DNA of 64,000 nucleotides from Podarcis pityusensis. Lineage: Eukaryota. Where the stretch lies: assembly GCA_964106645.2 (NCBI GenBank), contig OZ067040.1; one strand, written 5' to 3'. The position numbers and the translations under genes were made by a program. Shown piece after piece: positions 25,464 through 38,405 of the stretch. The notes under the pieces are model-generated. The model was not told where the DNA came from, made no database searches, and was given only the letters and a program-made list of their open reading frames with translations. How positions within the stretch are numbered: the stretch's first letter is position 1; the number at the start of each line of letters is the position of its first letter.

Positions 25464-25849
25464 CAGGGGCAGAGGAAGGGAGCGGTGGGGGCGGTTCGCC
25501 CCGGGTGTCACCACTGAGGGGGGTGACAGAACGTTGGGCGGCACTCACTGCAGGGCCTGCAATGGACCCAAGCCACGCATCTCTCCTGGGAGTGACACGG
25601 TGGCTTGGGTGCCTGCAGGTTCCACACTGCCCCATACGGTCCACCCGCTGCCTCCCCCCCCCTCGCCAGCTGTAGGGCAGCTGAGTGGGAGGAAGCAGGG
25701 AGACTCCTTGGAGGCCCTGCAGAGCATCCTGCCCCGGCTTGCCCCACCCCTGTGGGCAGCTGCTTCCGCCGCCAAGGGCGGCTGGCCCTGGCCCCAGGCG
25801 CAGGACACACACGCCGCTCCAGGCATCCGATCGGCTTGCTCCGCCACTG
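25464..25849. mobile_element. GC-rich hAT-type MITE
   Basis: TIR CAGGGGCAGAG / CTCCGCCACTG; TSD TATGTAGG / GATATAGG (6/8). Confidence 0.78.
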
Positions 25850-26075
25850 GATATAGGTTCCCCTTTAGCAAAGGCTTATGGACAGGCCATTTGCAGTTGA
25901 GCTTACTGCCTAATAGAGAACAGGATTGCTCTGTAAGTGTGCAGCTGGGGCTTAGACTTCACCGCGGGAGTGATCACACTCAATTCCAAAGGTAACCCAA
26001 CTGCTGGAAACCAGTTAATTGTACAGTTTTCATATACATTTTCAGTATAAAGTGCACAGAAAAATATGAGAACTA

Positions 26076-26290
26076 CAGTGGCACCTCGGGTTAAGAACTT
26101 AATTCGTTCCTGAGGTCTTTTCTTAACCTGAAACTGTTCTTAACCTGAGGTACCACTTTAGCTAATGGGGCCTCCTGCTGCCGCCACACGATTTCTGTTG
26201 TCATTCTGAAGCAAAGTTCTTAACTCAAAGTACTATTTCTGGGTTAGCAGAGTCTGTAACCTGAAGCGTCTGTAACCCGAGGTACCACTG
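26076..26290. mobile_element. pogo/Tigger-like MITE (family C)
   Basis: TIR CAGTGGCACCTCGGGTTA / TAACCCGAGGTACCACTG with TA TSD. Confidence 0.92.
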
Positions 26291-29200
26291 TATTCTGTCA
26301 TCTGTAAAGCGGGATTTCAAGTCAGCACCATTGCTGTAGCTTTCTCCTCTTGTAATATTAAAGTTGTTGATATTTTAGATTGTGTACACCACTTTAGGCA
26401 CTTTTATTGGGGAAAGAGGCCTTTAAGTATATCAGTTAATCACATCCTAAAGTCTATTGATTCTTTCCAATCTTTCCTGGCCTTATGCTGATGTTAATAT
26501 CTGAAAAACAAACTTTTCTGTCAACTTCAACCATCTTAAAGGGCTCCTTAGCAGGGTTTATTAAAATTGGGTTGTGGGAGTTCCAAGGGAAATGTTGCTT
26601 TTTGTCAGCTTTGTTGGTTCTTCACAAGTTAATAAGGACATGAAATATCTATTTTTTTATCATTCTAAGGCCATTTGGTGGTGGTGGTGGTGGCAAAGAA
26701 GATGATGAAATACGCACATATTTAAAGGAACCAAATTATTTTGAAGCAATTTTCACTTAAAAACCTAAACACATTAAATATCTCAGTGTGAAATAGAAAC
26801 AGGATGATTACAGGGAGGTCAGTGGTGCACATACTAATGTTACGCAGATTCTGTTAAAAGAAAACCCACAAATTTCAGGGAACCTGGGTACAGGAGAGAG
26901 AATTAATTCAGAACATTTGTTCCAGAAACTGGAAGCACGCTTCTGTTAAGGAGCATATTTAAAATAAAATAAAATCACATGCAAAGCTATGAAACACAAA
27001 TCTCCTTTAAGGACATACACTTCTTAAATCTTTACTTTATCTCTCATTCTAACAAAACATCTAACCCCCTGGGAAATGGCTTTGAGGGTGGGCAATGGGT
27101 CTCAACCCCTCAGTGAGTTAGGGGTCTCCCCTGCATGCAAAGACAGATTCTTGCAGGTTGAGCAGATGAGACCAATACTGGGTCCAATGTTCAAGAAGGC
27201 GGTTTCTGTATTTTCGGCTTGTCAACCTGGGAAGGCAAACTCTGATTCTAAACTTCCGCTGCCTTGCGTCTATACTCATTCCTCAGGGTGTAAATACCCA
27301 ATATCTTCATGTTCACTCAGCACAATCAGTGAAAGAGGGAAGATGCGACGTTTAAAAAACCCCAGCTTTTTGAATTACCGTATTTTCATTTCCCTTGAAC
27401 ACGGTTCACTGGAACTCAAATGTGTTGAGGCTTTTTATAAAGGAATATTTTGATTAAGTATGCTGCTAAAGAATAAAATACCTTACTGCATTGTAATATT
27501 TGTTTATTGTTGTTCTCTTGTTGTGGTGTTTTCCATGGACAGTGTTTTTTACACACACACACACTTTTTTGTTGCTCCCCTCCCCCCAAGACAAATGGCC
27601 CTAAAATCACACTAGTCTGGCCATTTTGTAGAAATTCCTTAATAAAACCAGCGTCTAAAATTCCCTAACTGCAACACTTATTTCAGTAGTTTCATGTGCT
27701 CTAATACATGAAACACACTGATTGTCTGGCTAGTCCTTTCTGCAGAGATTAATGCTGCCAATCTGTGGTTGTGGTGTGGAGGAGACTTTGCCATGCAACT
27801 GGGGCAATACACATTCTTGCATTTTACAACTATTTATTGCATGGAGCTTCCATTAAGGAGACGTGTTTCCAGAGACTTCCATTTAAGTGTAGTGTCAGAA
27901 TTATCCCTCCTCAGTCACTTAAATAAGCCGAATTAATTCACCAGATCTTGATGGGCTCTGAGAGATATGTGCTATGCATTCACTACATGTGATTTTTTTC
28001 CCTCAGTATTGAAAGTAGTATCATACTTTCACTGGAGCCTCATGAGCTTTAGGCTGGAATTATATGTAGCAGTAAGTGTATGCGGCAGTGTGTCTAATTT
28101 TAGAAGCCCCAAAGCTAATTTTTCATTCATTTCATCATATGCCTTGCCTTATAATGAATGCACTGCAAAGAAATTCATAATGGGGAAAGGACTATAAAAA
28201 TGTAAAAATCTAATTGTCATAATAAAAACCATGGTTTTTAAATTAAGATTTTCATAAAATAGGATTGTAAAAGCCTTCCCCCCCTATATTGTGAGAAAAG
28301 CAAAAAGGCTGCAATGTGTTTTTTACCAGATTGTGCAAACTAATTACCCAAATGTTTATCAGCATCATCTAGGAGCCAGTAGAGATATCAGATCGGGTTT
28401 TTGTTTCCTTTTAACACAAGTGACTGGGATTTTTTTATTGTTATTCTGGTATATTAAAAATAAGTCAAAGTTTTAATCTTCATCTAAATTCTGCAGCATT
28501 CTTGATGCTTCTTGCACACTCTGCAAATCTTCAGATATCCAATAACTACAGCAATTATTGAGGAAATTGTTCTGTGGCAAAACACTAGGGCAAGTTGATT
28601 GAATTACTTTCTTCTAGATTGATCTGTCCATAAGAATGTCACTGGAAGAGATTAAATCTGTTTTATGTGAGAAGCACCTGTACATACATCACCATTCTGT
28701 GTTCCTTTTGTTGTCATCTGAAATGGTTGGTTGGTAATAGGTAAGGTGATTCATCATTATCTCTAGCACCTGGGAAATGGTCCAGGTTGACTTCAGTTGA
28801 AGTGACCTATTAAAGGCACTTTAGGATTTGTGAACTTGATAACAGCATTTTGTGAAAGGCTTTTTTTGTTTTTTTTTGTTACCAGCACCACAGAACCATT
28901 CAATATTATCCTGCCTTCCCCTAAAGATTAATAGTGGCATCACATTTTAATGTTTAATCTATTGAAGGCAAAAACTTCCACTGTCATTAGCAATAGACAT
29001 GATCTAATAGACATAGTCTGTTAAAACAGTCTCTTCCAGCATTGCTATTCAGTGGTGTATCGATGTAGACATGTATAATAAATACGGATATATACTGTGC
29101 TAATCTCCCAAATGTCACCAGCTTATCAAAACACTCATTTCTCCTTGATTTTTTTTAAAAACTACTTTGTATAAAGTAGTTGCTTTGAATTTAAGTTTAA

Positions 29201-31198
29201 TCAAAGTGTGGCAATTTAGTAGTAGGTGGGTATTCCTTGAAGTAATTTCATTTGTCTTGGCTAAATTCTTTTAATTTACCTCAGAATCGGAGAAATTTTT
29301 TCTTGTAATTTCCTTTTCGATCCAGTTCAGTAGCTTTTCTAATAAGTACTGCAGTTGCCCCTGACGGTTTTTAAAGGAATAACTCAGAATAATATGATTG
29401 AAGGTGTATTCATGAGCTTTTATAGTAGAGTGTTTGATTCTAGAAAATCGGCTTAGCCAAAGGTTGTAACCTTTAAAAGTATTTCCGGTTACATTCTGAA
29501 TTGTGATGTTATACTGTAATGCAGAATTTCTACAAGTGTTTTATTTATATTTAGCCTGTATTTATTTGGATAAATGTTACAATAGAATACAAAAGAATAT
29601 TGTGTGAGAGAGAGATATATTTTCAACATTTTAAACTTTGCCAAAGGGTATGTTAATATCTGATGAAGAAGAGGGTAGGCAGGTCTGAAAGCATATTAAT
29701 ATAGGTTTGGAACCAGAGTGTCCTTTCCACAAACAGATCCTTCTATTCATAGATGGGACTGTGTTATAGCCGAAGCTCCTCATTGGATGAAAGTCATAGG
29801 TGATTTTCATGGAATCTTCCTTCCCCCTCCCCACTGCATGGTCTCTCATTCTGTTTCAAAGGGTTTTCCCCATCCACCAGAGCAAGTTTTCAGATGGTTT
29901 CAAGAGGAAGGAGGAATCAGTTGAAACCGTCTCCCTGCTTCTCTAGCCAGAGAACAACTCCACTAGGCACAAGTCTGAATCCAACCCACAATATCTGAAA
30001 ATACATATCTAAACCATCTAAGCTTTCTTCTTATTTTTTCCCCTGACAAGTAATTATGAATACCTTTGGGTTTCTCAATTACTGAAAAAGCTAGCATAAA
30101 AAGAAGCACTGTTGGCCTCTTAATAGTATAACATCAAAATAACAGATGTTTTGAGCAGGTGTTAAATTTTATGTCAGACATAAAGATTTTGTGAAACTCA
30201 CGCATGTAGTTTAATTATCTATTTTCATCCTCCTAATCAGTATTTTTCTCTACTCGTCTTTTCCCCACAAAGCCTTCTATTCCAAGGGGCAACAGTACAG
30301 AAAAACCTACAGCTGTGCTGTTTCTTCTTCTTCTTCTTTAATATAATAAATGCATTTTTCAGACAAAGAGGAAGATAAAAAACCTCATCCTGGCAGCACA
30401 GATGTGGGGGTCCACGTCTTCAATGTTCATTTCACACCATATTACTGTATAAGTAGTGCATGCTTATATGGAAGGCGTTGCAGTAGTCTCATGTTAAAAG
30501 AAAATAGTGGGAAAATTATGTATACAGAAAAGTTGGCTTTGCCCCAAACAAAATATATGAATATTTGGCTTAACACCAAACAAAAGAAATAGAGATGAGT
30601 GGTAGCAATCTGAATAATTCAAAAGTGGACAGCACATTTGTGGAAAGCTGATTATCTCAAAAGATGGTGGTAATGAAAACATCAGGAAAGAGAGTTCTTT
30701 ACTGCTCTTCCTTGGGAAATGACAAAAATCTGGATTAGGAATAAGAAGTAAATTAGAATTGCCAAAGCAGAAAAAGCAGCAGCCTTTAGCAAACAGAACA
30801 GATGGTGTTGTATAGACAAGTAAGAGAAATTTGCTTGGATCCTGCAAAGTGCTTTTAAAAAGGTCTGACAAAAGCAGGGGTGGCAACAGGAAATTCTGGG
30901 CCCAGTACACTGCACGTTCATTGGGCCCTCAAACCCACTTGTAAAACACAACACAGATTTGCAGAAAAGTTGCATATGCCTTGTGTCGTATGAAAATCTC
31001 TGCTCTCATTTGCAGGTGAAGTGGAGGGTCCAGGCATAAATCACTGGCCACACAAGTAATAAAACATTTGACAGACAGCGGACGTTTCCCCCCATAATTG
31101 AATTTTCATACTGGAAATTGAATTTCCACCTGCCACACAGCTGTTAAAAGAAGCAACAATTCTGCTTTGCCCCAGTGACTACCCTGAACCAAAGCTTA

Positions 31199-31285
31199 GG
31201 CTGCAATCTTTTATTAACTTACCTGGCAGTAAGCCGTTTTAAACATAAAGTCTTACTTCTGAGTAGTATGTGTATCATTGTACTA
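31199..31285. repeat. Short old palindromic repeat; related copies about 33891-33980, 47564-47630, 60640-60717 and 61375-61466
   Basis: Shared GGCTGCAATC...CTTACCTGG.AGTAAG.CCCA.TGAAC...CTTACTTCTG pattern in either orientation. Confidence 0.55.
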
Positions 31286-32064
31286 TTAAGTTAACTATAC
31301 AGTGAATTTTTCTTGACAGCCTCTTCTTTAGTTCCTGCACAGCAGGAGACATGATTAAAACGTTTTTGTGCAGATTTTGCATTTTCCATAGTGATAGATT
31401 TCTTTAACATCTACTCACACTTATTGGGTAGTAGTATTTGCACAAAATAACTTATAGGGAGTACCAAATCTCATATGAACCCACCACTAGAGACATGCGT
31501 TCTGGTTGCTAGGAAAAATGCGAGGGGAAACTTTGGATATTTCAAGGACTAAAAAAGACACAGAAGCAGGAAAAGTGTACTATGGGGGCAGGGGAAACAG
31601 CACCTCTTTAGGGATTCCTATTGCCTACTGTCCAAATAACTCACTTATCAGTCAGCGTTCCAACTTCATTGGCTAAAAGCACTGAAAGGCAGGAGCAGCC
31701 AGAGTAGCTTATCTCACAGAAAATGCCTGGTAAATCAATTCCATCTGCAGCTATTTCTTGGTGTCTTTGGATGGAGGGCAACTTCCTCCTTCAGCATCCC
31801 CCTGATTTCTCCAAAATTCTTCTCTTCATGGAAGATATGGTACCTCTGCCTGATTTAGAGTGATTCTCTCCCCCCCCCCCATGCCACAACCCATCTTGTT
31901 CAGGAAGATTGAAGAAAGGAGTGACAGGAGTGGGACTAGGACTTGGGCCCAATCTACAAGACTATTTGGAGTTTGTGTGTGTTACTCTCTAGCTATGTGT
32001 GTTGTACAGTAAGCTGCAAGCAGGTTGTCTGAACTGTTTCATTTTAACATGGACAGACCCTGTT

Positions 32065-32360
32065 TTATCCCCTACCTAGGGAAGGTGCTGGAGGAGGTGT
32101 TGGCTATACAACTCCAGATGTTTTTAGAGGAAATGTATTACCTGGACCCATTCCAATTTGGACCGAAGCCTGATTTTGGGACAAATTAGTCTTGGCTGCC
32201 TTGATGGATGGCCTTTATCAAGAGAGATGCCCTGATGACCCTCTTTGATCTCTCAGACGATTCAATGTCCTCAACCGTGGCATCCCACTGGATTGGCTCT
32301 GGGCCTTAGTAGTAGGAGGCACTGTGTTGAAGTGGTCATTCTCCTACCCACAGGGTCCTT
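32065..32360 (+). mobile_element. Decayed L2 RT fragment
   Basis: 'PYLGKVLEEVLAIQLQMFLEEMYYLDPFQFG' followed by decayed 'LFDLS'. Confidence 0.75.
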
Positions 32361-32662
32361 TCAATAGATTAGTGGTATTAGTCACATCTCTCCCCTCTGA
32401 GATATGGGTTGGTGCTGAGTTTCATGAATTTTCAGTGGCTTCCAAAAACACACTTGTTTGCTCAGGCATTTGCTTGGGATTAATGCTGGAGTCTGCTATG
32501 ACTGACCACTTTACTGTTTATTCAGTCTGTGAATGATATATTTTAATCATTGCAATTTCAAATTGGTATGTGTCCCACTCTGGGATGGTTTGTAACAGTG
32601 AAAAGCTGTAAAAATGAAAATATAACAAGCATACATTCTTCCCCTCATCCTTCTGTTATGGC

Positions 32663-32804
32663 CAGGGCTTTTTTTCAGCCGGAACTTACTGGAATTCAGT
32701 TCCAGCAGCTCTCAGGTGGCCGCCATTGGCATTCTAAGTGAACGAGGGAGGTGTTCATGGGGAGTTCCAGCACCTCTTTTTCTAAAAAAATATGTATATC
32801 ACTG
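32663..32804 (+). mobile_element. hAT-type MITE (family A)
   Basis: Homologous to 10548 and 59341; degenerate TSD GTTATGGC / GTTACAAC. Confidence 0.8.
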
Positions 32805-35714
32805 GTTACAACAGTGTTTTAACAAGCATAGTGCAAGCCAGGCAGCCTAGGTGGGGCAGGAGAGAACAGCATGCAGGAGGGAAATTACAGCTGGCCATAC
32901 TTATTGCCACACACAGTGATTAATTGAACAACTGGCTCGAATTAATCTCTCTTGACTCTGAGAAGTGACGTAGTGGAGGGTGGAATATGCCACTGATCAC
33001 ATGTTTAAGAAGATGTTTTATGCCCCCAGGCAAGGATCAATGACATATTAAAAAGGAAATGTTTGAGCTGAGGACTTCCATAAATATATAAATCCATTGC
33101 TTTAATATACTAATTAATCAAATCAACTGCTTTCTCAACCTTTGCTCTCCTAAGTTACCAATATCTCTATTGAAGCTCCTGTTCCATTGCTGAAACATCT
33201 CCAGACACCAGAAACTCAGTATTCTTGGAGGGGCCTGAAGTTGATCAGTGCATAGTAGTAGTATTATAGGATTTGCTATCAACAGGAAAGTGATTGTGCC
33301 AAATGACCTCTACTGGTGGCACCACCACAACAGCAACATTATCTGTTTAATTTATGAAATACATAATGATACTAGGTCACTAGCACCCAAAAAAATCTGG
33401 AGGGCCACATGTTGCCCACCCTGAATTAATGCATCTCTAGCTCTATCCCTCTTCCCCCCAATTGCTGGTAATAGAGCTGGGGTTTTTTCCACCTTCTTTA
33501 CAGTAAAGCCATTAAAGTTGTGAGCTTTACTTCATGGGCATTAGCTTGAAGAATGATTGTAGGTTGCCTGTGAAAGAAATAGAATGCTAGCATGAGATTA
33601 AAGCACACCCAGTAAAGAGAAGTCTGTGCCCAAAGTTGCTGTCGTGACTACGGCTGTGTTAAGAACCAACAAAACAGTGAGGTCCAGAATCTATTATCTG
33701 AAGTATGGTATCCTAGAAAATGGCCTTATGTAATCTGTTTCCTTGTTCTTCGTGCTATTGTGTGGATTTTCCCTTCAGATTTAAGATTGGTTTTTCCCTG
33801 GACATTTTTAGACAGACGATATATCAATTGATGAAAAAGGTGAAACTTCAGCAGTCTTCTCTAAACTGATGTGGTGAAAACTTTTTTAAAGGCTGCAGTC
33901 TTTTGTATGCGTAACTGGGAGCAAGTCCCACTGAACCCGGTAGGATGTACTTCTGTGTAGGCACGCCCAGAATTGCATTACACAGGGGCAGATTTAGGGG
34001 AGCGAGACTAGTTCCGTCACACAGGGTGCGGAGCCTCAGGCCCGCCACTGGGGACACCACAACTATGATTTACAATGGAGTGCAAGAAGTGGAGGGGAGC
34101 CAAATTTTGGCATGGCATTGGGCGTCGTTGAAATTTGAGATCCTAAGGCTTGCTACTGTCAGCTTCAGGCTTGGGTCTGGATGAGTCCCAATGCCATTGA
34201 ATAACGGCTGTGAGAGCAGCTTGGGCATTGATGGATCCTGGTTCAGAACGGCCTCCAGGGTGCAGAGCATGGAGCAAACTTGACTTTGCCGTTATGAATT
34301 TCTCCCAGTTCTGAGCTTTGGTAAGATAATTATTAATTACATTCTATACATCCACCTAGTCCATAGGTAGCTTTACAGAAACCAATGTCAGATATTAAGG
34401 TTACCTAAATAAGGTATTGGTCGTTGATGTCATTTTATAGTGTGTGTAATGTTTTCCCCTTCAGTACTTGTAGAGAATATAGAGTGCTGCAACACTGGTG
34501 AACTGCAAGTAAGTCACAAAGTTTTGTGTCTGTAGAAGCTCAGTTGAAATATGTTGAGTCAAACTTTGGTGGATTATGCCAGACATCAATAATGTACTGA
34601 ATGGAACATATAAGGTTATGTCAAATACCACTGCATATTCTGCTGGCAAATGAGAATTTTAAATATAATCACTGTGACAGCATTGCACCTATTTTTGAAC
34701 TGACATTTATTCTCCACATGGTTACTAAAACTTTTATATTTTCAAGTCCCCATAATGCTATGTAATTTATGAGTTGTGTCACTAATTTAACATGCTTCTT
34801 AGGCTTTTTTATATCAGAAACTTGAATAAAATAGTAAACTTTCCAAGCCAATGATTGACTTGAAGGTACTAACCTTTTTTTCTTACGGGTGAATTACATT
34901 GCAGTTAATATACTACTGCATTGTATATTGCAAGTACTGAAATCTTTTGCTCCAGCTTTGTATTCATTATTTGATACCTTGCTAAAAACGGTTGATCTTT
35001 GCAGACTCATCAGGAGGAAAAGCTTTTTAATGGCACTCAAGGCAATCTCAAAAATAGAACAAATATCTTAAAAGTATGACATAATCATCACAATTGATTA
35101 AGGGTGGTGCTTACAGCCTAATGGCAACAGCTAATTGTGTATGGTTTTGAGGATGTTGATACTTTCCTAATATTGCTGCAAGATTTTACTCCCATCTTGT
35201 TTCATATATAAGAATATAGATTTGCATTCATAAATGAAATAACTAATAAGGAGACACAGAAGAGAAGATGCTCCTAGTACCTTCATTAGTAGAAGCATGT
35301 AATGCGTTTGCAGAAGGGACTTTTTATAGTGGTACCCTTAATTTGAAATGCTCTCCCCAAGAACATATGACTCTGACATTACAAGCTTTTGGGTAGCATT
35401 TTCCCAGGTATCTAGATGTTCGATGGTTTTTGAAATTTTGGCCCAGTTATATGTTGTGTGAATTAGTTTGATTCATGCTTTTGTTTAATACCCTTGAATC
35501 TTTGATGAAGAGTGATTAAGAAATATTTAAAATAAAGTAGGATAGTAGATCCAGACACAGGAAATTTTATCACAATGAACATATTGGGGCATATTATTGG
35601 TGTACAGGGTATTAAGCTGGCATAATGATGTGTGTCTGTAATCCTGTGCTTGTAAATCCTGTGTGGTGCAAAGGGCTGCATACCAATGTGACAAGAATTG
35701 TCACACAATTTCCG

Positions 35715-35834
35715 CACAATTTCTGTTCTCATCCTGAAGCAAAGTTCTTAACCCGAGGTACTATTTCTGGGTTAGCGGAGTCTGTAACCTGTAGTGTATG
35801 TAACCTGAAGTGTATGTAACCCGAGGTACCACTG
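35715..35834. mobile_element. Right half of family C MITE
   Basis: Matches 26187-26290 and ends CCGAGGTACCACTG-TA; the left TIR is absent. Confidence 0.85.
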
Positions 35835-35944
35835 TACACAGATTTGGGGTGGGTCATTGAGTGAGAACAGGGATTCTGTTGATGTACAGCAGGTGGAACA
35901 CTACCAGCTGAGACGTGTGTCAGCTAGGATATGAATTACTGAAT

Positions 35945-35946
<2 letters not shown>

Positions 35947-35985
<39 letters not shown>
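35947..35985. repeat. (AAT)n microsatellite
   Basis: Direct observation. Confidence 0.95.
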
Positions 35986-36617
35986 TCCTTCAATATCTTT
36001 TGCTTTGTTAAAACGTTTTTGTTATCATCATCAAGGTCTTCGAGTAGAAAAGTTTTTTTGGGGGGGTGGCTTGAATATATTTTCCCTCACTTACACTTGC
36101 TTTCTAGTAGAACAAATGAAGATTTAACTGTCTGTGCTCTTCACTGATTTTCCTCCCTGACTGGGGGCACTCCTCCTCCCACTTTGATTTGTAAGAATTG
36201 ACACACACATCCTTCCCCAAAGGAAGAACTCCATGCAGAGCCAAGACAAGCCACATGCAGCTTAAGAACCTGGAGACTAATATAATTCCTCTAAACGATA
36301 AACATTTAATTGATCTGTTATGTCCTCAAGCTTAAAGTTCCACCCGAATTGGCCAATGGAAGTCATACATCAATAAAGCTCTAGACATGTAATGTCCTAT
36401 TGTACCCAAATGTCAGCTGCAGAGAAGTAATTAACTTTTGAGGAAGTAGTTTTAACTTGGATATTGCAAGTATTGTTTTTATATTGTGTAACTTGGATAT
36501 TAACTCTATTCTTCAAGTATTGTTCGACTTCGTGAATATTTAGCATGCCACTATACCAGAATCAGTTAAGAGTTAGGCTTTTTTGTACATAACTTCTTTT
36601 GGGTTGTTTGAGAGATA

Positions 36618-36869
36618 CAGTCATACCTTGTTTTGTGGCTGGGATTCATTCTGGAGCCGCAAGCCGAAAAGAACACAGGGCAAAGTGCCGCGTCTGCACA
36701 CACGCACGGAGCGGTTTGCGCTTCTGCGCATGCGCAAAGTGCAATTTAGTGCTTCTGCGCATGCGTGAGCGGCAAACTCGGAAGTAACCTGTTCTGGTAC
36801 TTCCGGGTTTGCCATGGATGTTCACTGGAATGGACACTAGACAAGGTGGACGTTTCGGAGGTATTACCG
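36618..36869 (-). mobile_element. pogo/Tigger-like MITE related to family B (core inverted)
   Basis: CAGTCATACCT / AGGTATTACCG ends with TA TSD. Core is the reverse complement of the 18905-19135 and 62435-62497 cores. Confidence 0.8.
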
Positions 36870-37156
36870 TACATGTACTATGTGTACAGAAACCTTATGT
36901 TTCTCTGATTCAGAATAGATGCTTAATGACGAGGCAGAGTCCCAAATGGAAGACATTTTATGGTCCCATCCACCTCAACTGAAAACTGGATTGTGGCATT
37001 CCGTTCAAAAGCCAGCAACAGAAGTCTCGTTTAGTGATAGGATGACCAACTAATTCCATCCCGCATCAGTCTTCTGAACACTTCAGCATGGGTCCATTTT
37101 GTCCTATTTTGTGCAGATTATTTTGAATTTTTCGTAGAAAGTCCACATTTAAATTA

Positions 37157-37555
37157 CCGTATTTTTCTGTGTATAAGACAAGGGTTTTTTAAATTAAGAA
37201 ATAATGTTAAAAATCAGTGGTTGTCTTGTACATGGATAGTGCAGAGGGGGGATGGGCGATTGGTATCAGCCGCAAGCAGGAGATTTTTCACGGTGATTGG
37301 GCGGGTGATTGGTGTCTGAGGCAAGGGCTGCTGGGGCAAATGGGCGCACAATTTATGGCTGCTGTTGGTGAACGGGCAGATGATTGGTGGCTTCGTTAAA
37401 AGCTCAACAACTCTGGGCAATCCCTCCCCCCAAAATGCTCAACAACTCTGGGCAATCCCCCCCAAAAAAGTTTCACAACTCTTTCCTTAATTTGTAGTCC
37501 CCAAAAATCAGGGTCGTCTTATACATGGGGGCGTGTTATACACGGAAAAATACGG
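37157..37555. mobile_element. Tc2/pogo-like MITE
   Basis: TIR CCGTATTTTTCTGTGTATAA / TTATACACGGAAAAATACGG with TA TSD. Internal duplication GCTCAACAACTCTGGGCAATCCC x2. Confidence 0.9.
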
Positions 37556-38136
37556 TATATACATTTTGTATGCACTTGTAAAATACACATTTAAACACAT
37601 AAAATACAGTCTTCAATGCTTTCATCCATAATACAATGCATGTTATGTGAATATTCAATACAAAATACATATTTTGTGCTACCTTTATGTATTGCAAAAT
37701 TTAGAGAAGTGTGTAATCCAGCTGGGAGTTGTATTCTGATCCACAGTAAATCTTGAGTGTCAGCTTGGGTTGGTCTATTGCAAAAAAGCAAACCAAATAA
37801 ATCCCCCATCCTGACTCTTGCTTTTGCTCTTCTTTTTAACAGTAACCTTCACATCCAGACTTTTAGATATTTGAGTACCATTCATTCTTCATATAATAAC
37901 AAAAATCCTTCTTCCACTAATTGTTATATAAGATGTTGTCCTGTCCACTTCTCAGCTTTGTATACATTCCTGCTCAGTCTTGTTGGGTGATAATGACAGT
38001 TGCCAGCATATTAGGCTTGACCATCATGACTTCAATATATCGAGTGGCTTCATGCCTGTTTAATACTGTGGAATTTTTCATTAATATATTAAGCAAAAGG
38101 GATGAAGAAGTGCACTTTGACATGCTTTCGAACTGA

Positions 38137-38259
38137 TAGGTTGGCAGGAGCAGGGACTGAGCAACGGGAGCTCACCCCATCACGGGGATTCGAACCACCG
38201 ACCTTCTGATTGGCAAGTTCTAGGCTCTGTGGTTTAACCCACAGCGCCACTCGTTTCCC
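38137..38259 (-). mobile_element. Sauria SINE 5' half
   Basis: Reverse complement of the head of 1302-1425. Confidence 0.88.
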
Positions 38260-38261
38260 TT

Positions 38262-38405
38262 ATTTAGCTCAGCATTATCTACACTGGTTTGCAGTGTCTT
38301 TCCAGGGTTTCAGGTAAGGGGCTCCTACCTGGAGATGCCATGGTGTTAACATAGGACCCTTTCCATACAAAGCATGTACTCTTAACACTGAGATATGGCA
38401 CCCCC
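38262..38405 (-). mobile_element. Old tRNA-derived SINE (Squam2/AnolisSINE2-like) fragment
   Basis: Reverse complement resembles 40285-40440. Confidence 0.6.

Noticed and set aside
25282-25995. 221-aa and 176-aa ORFs and an apparent CpG island
   Set aside because: They span a GC-rich hAT MITE and adjacent repeats, with low-complexity translation; not a gene or a native promoter.
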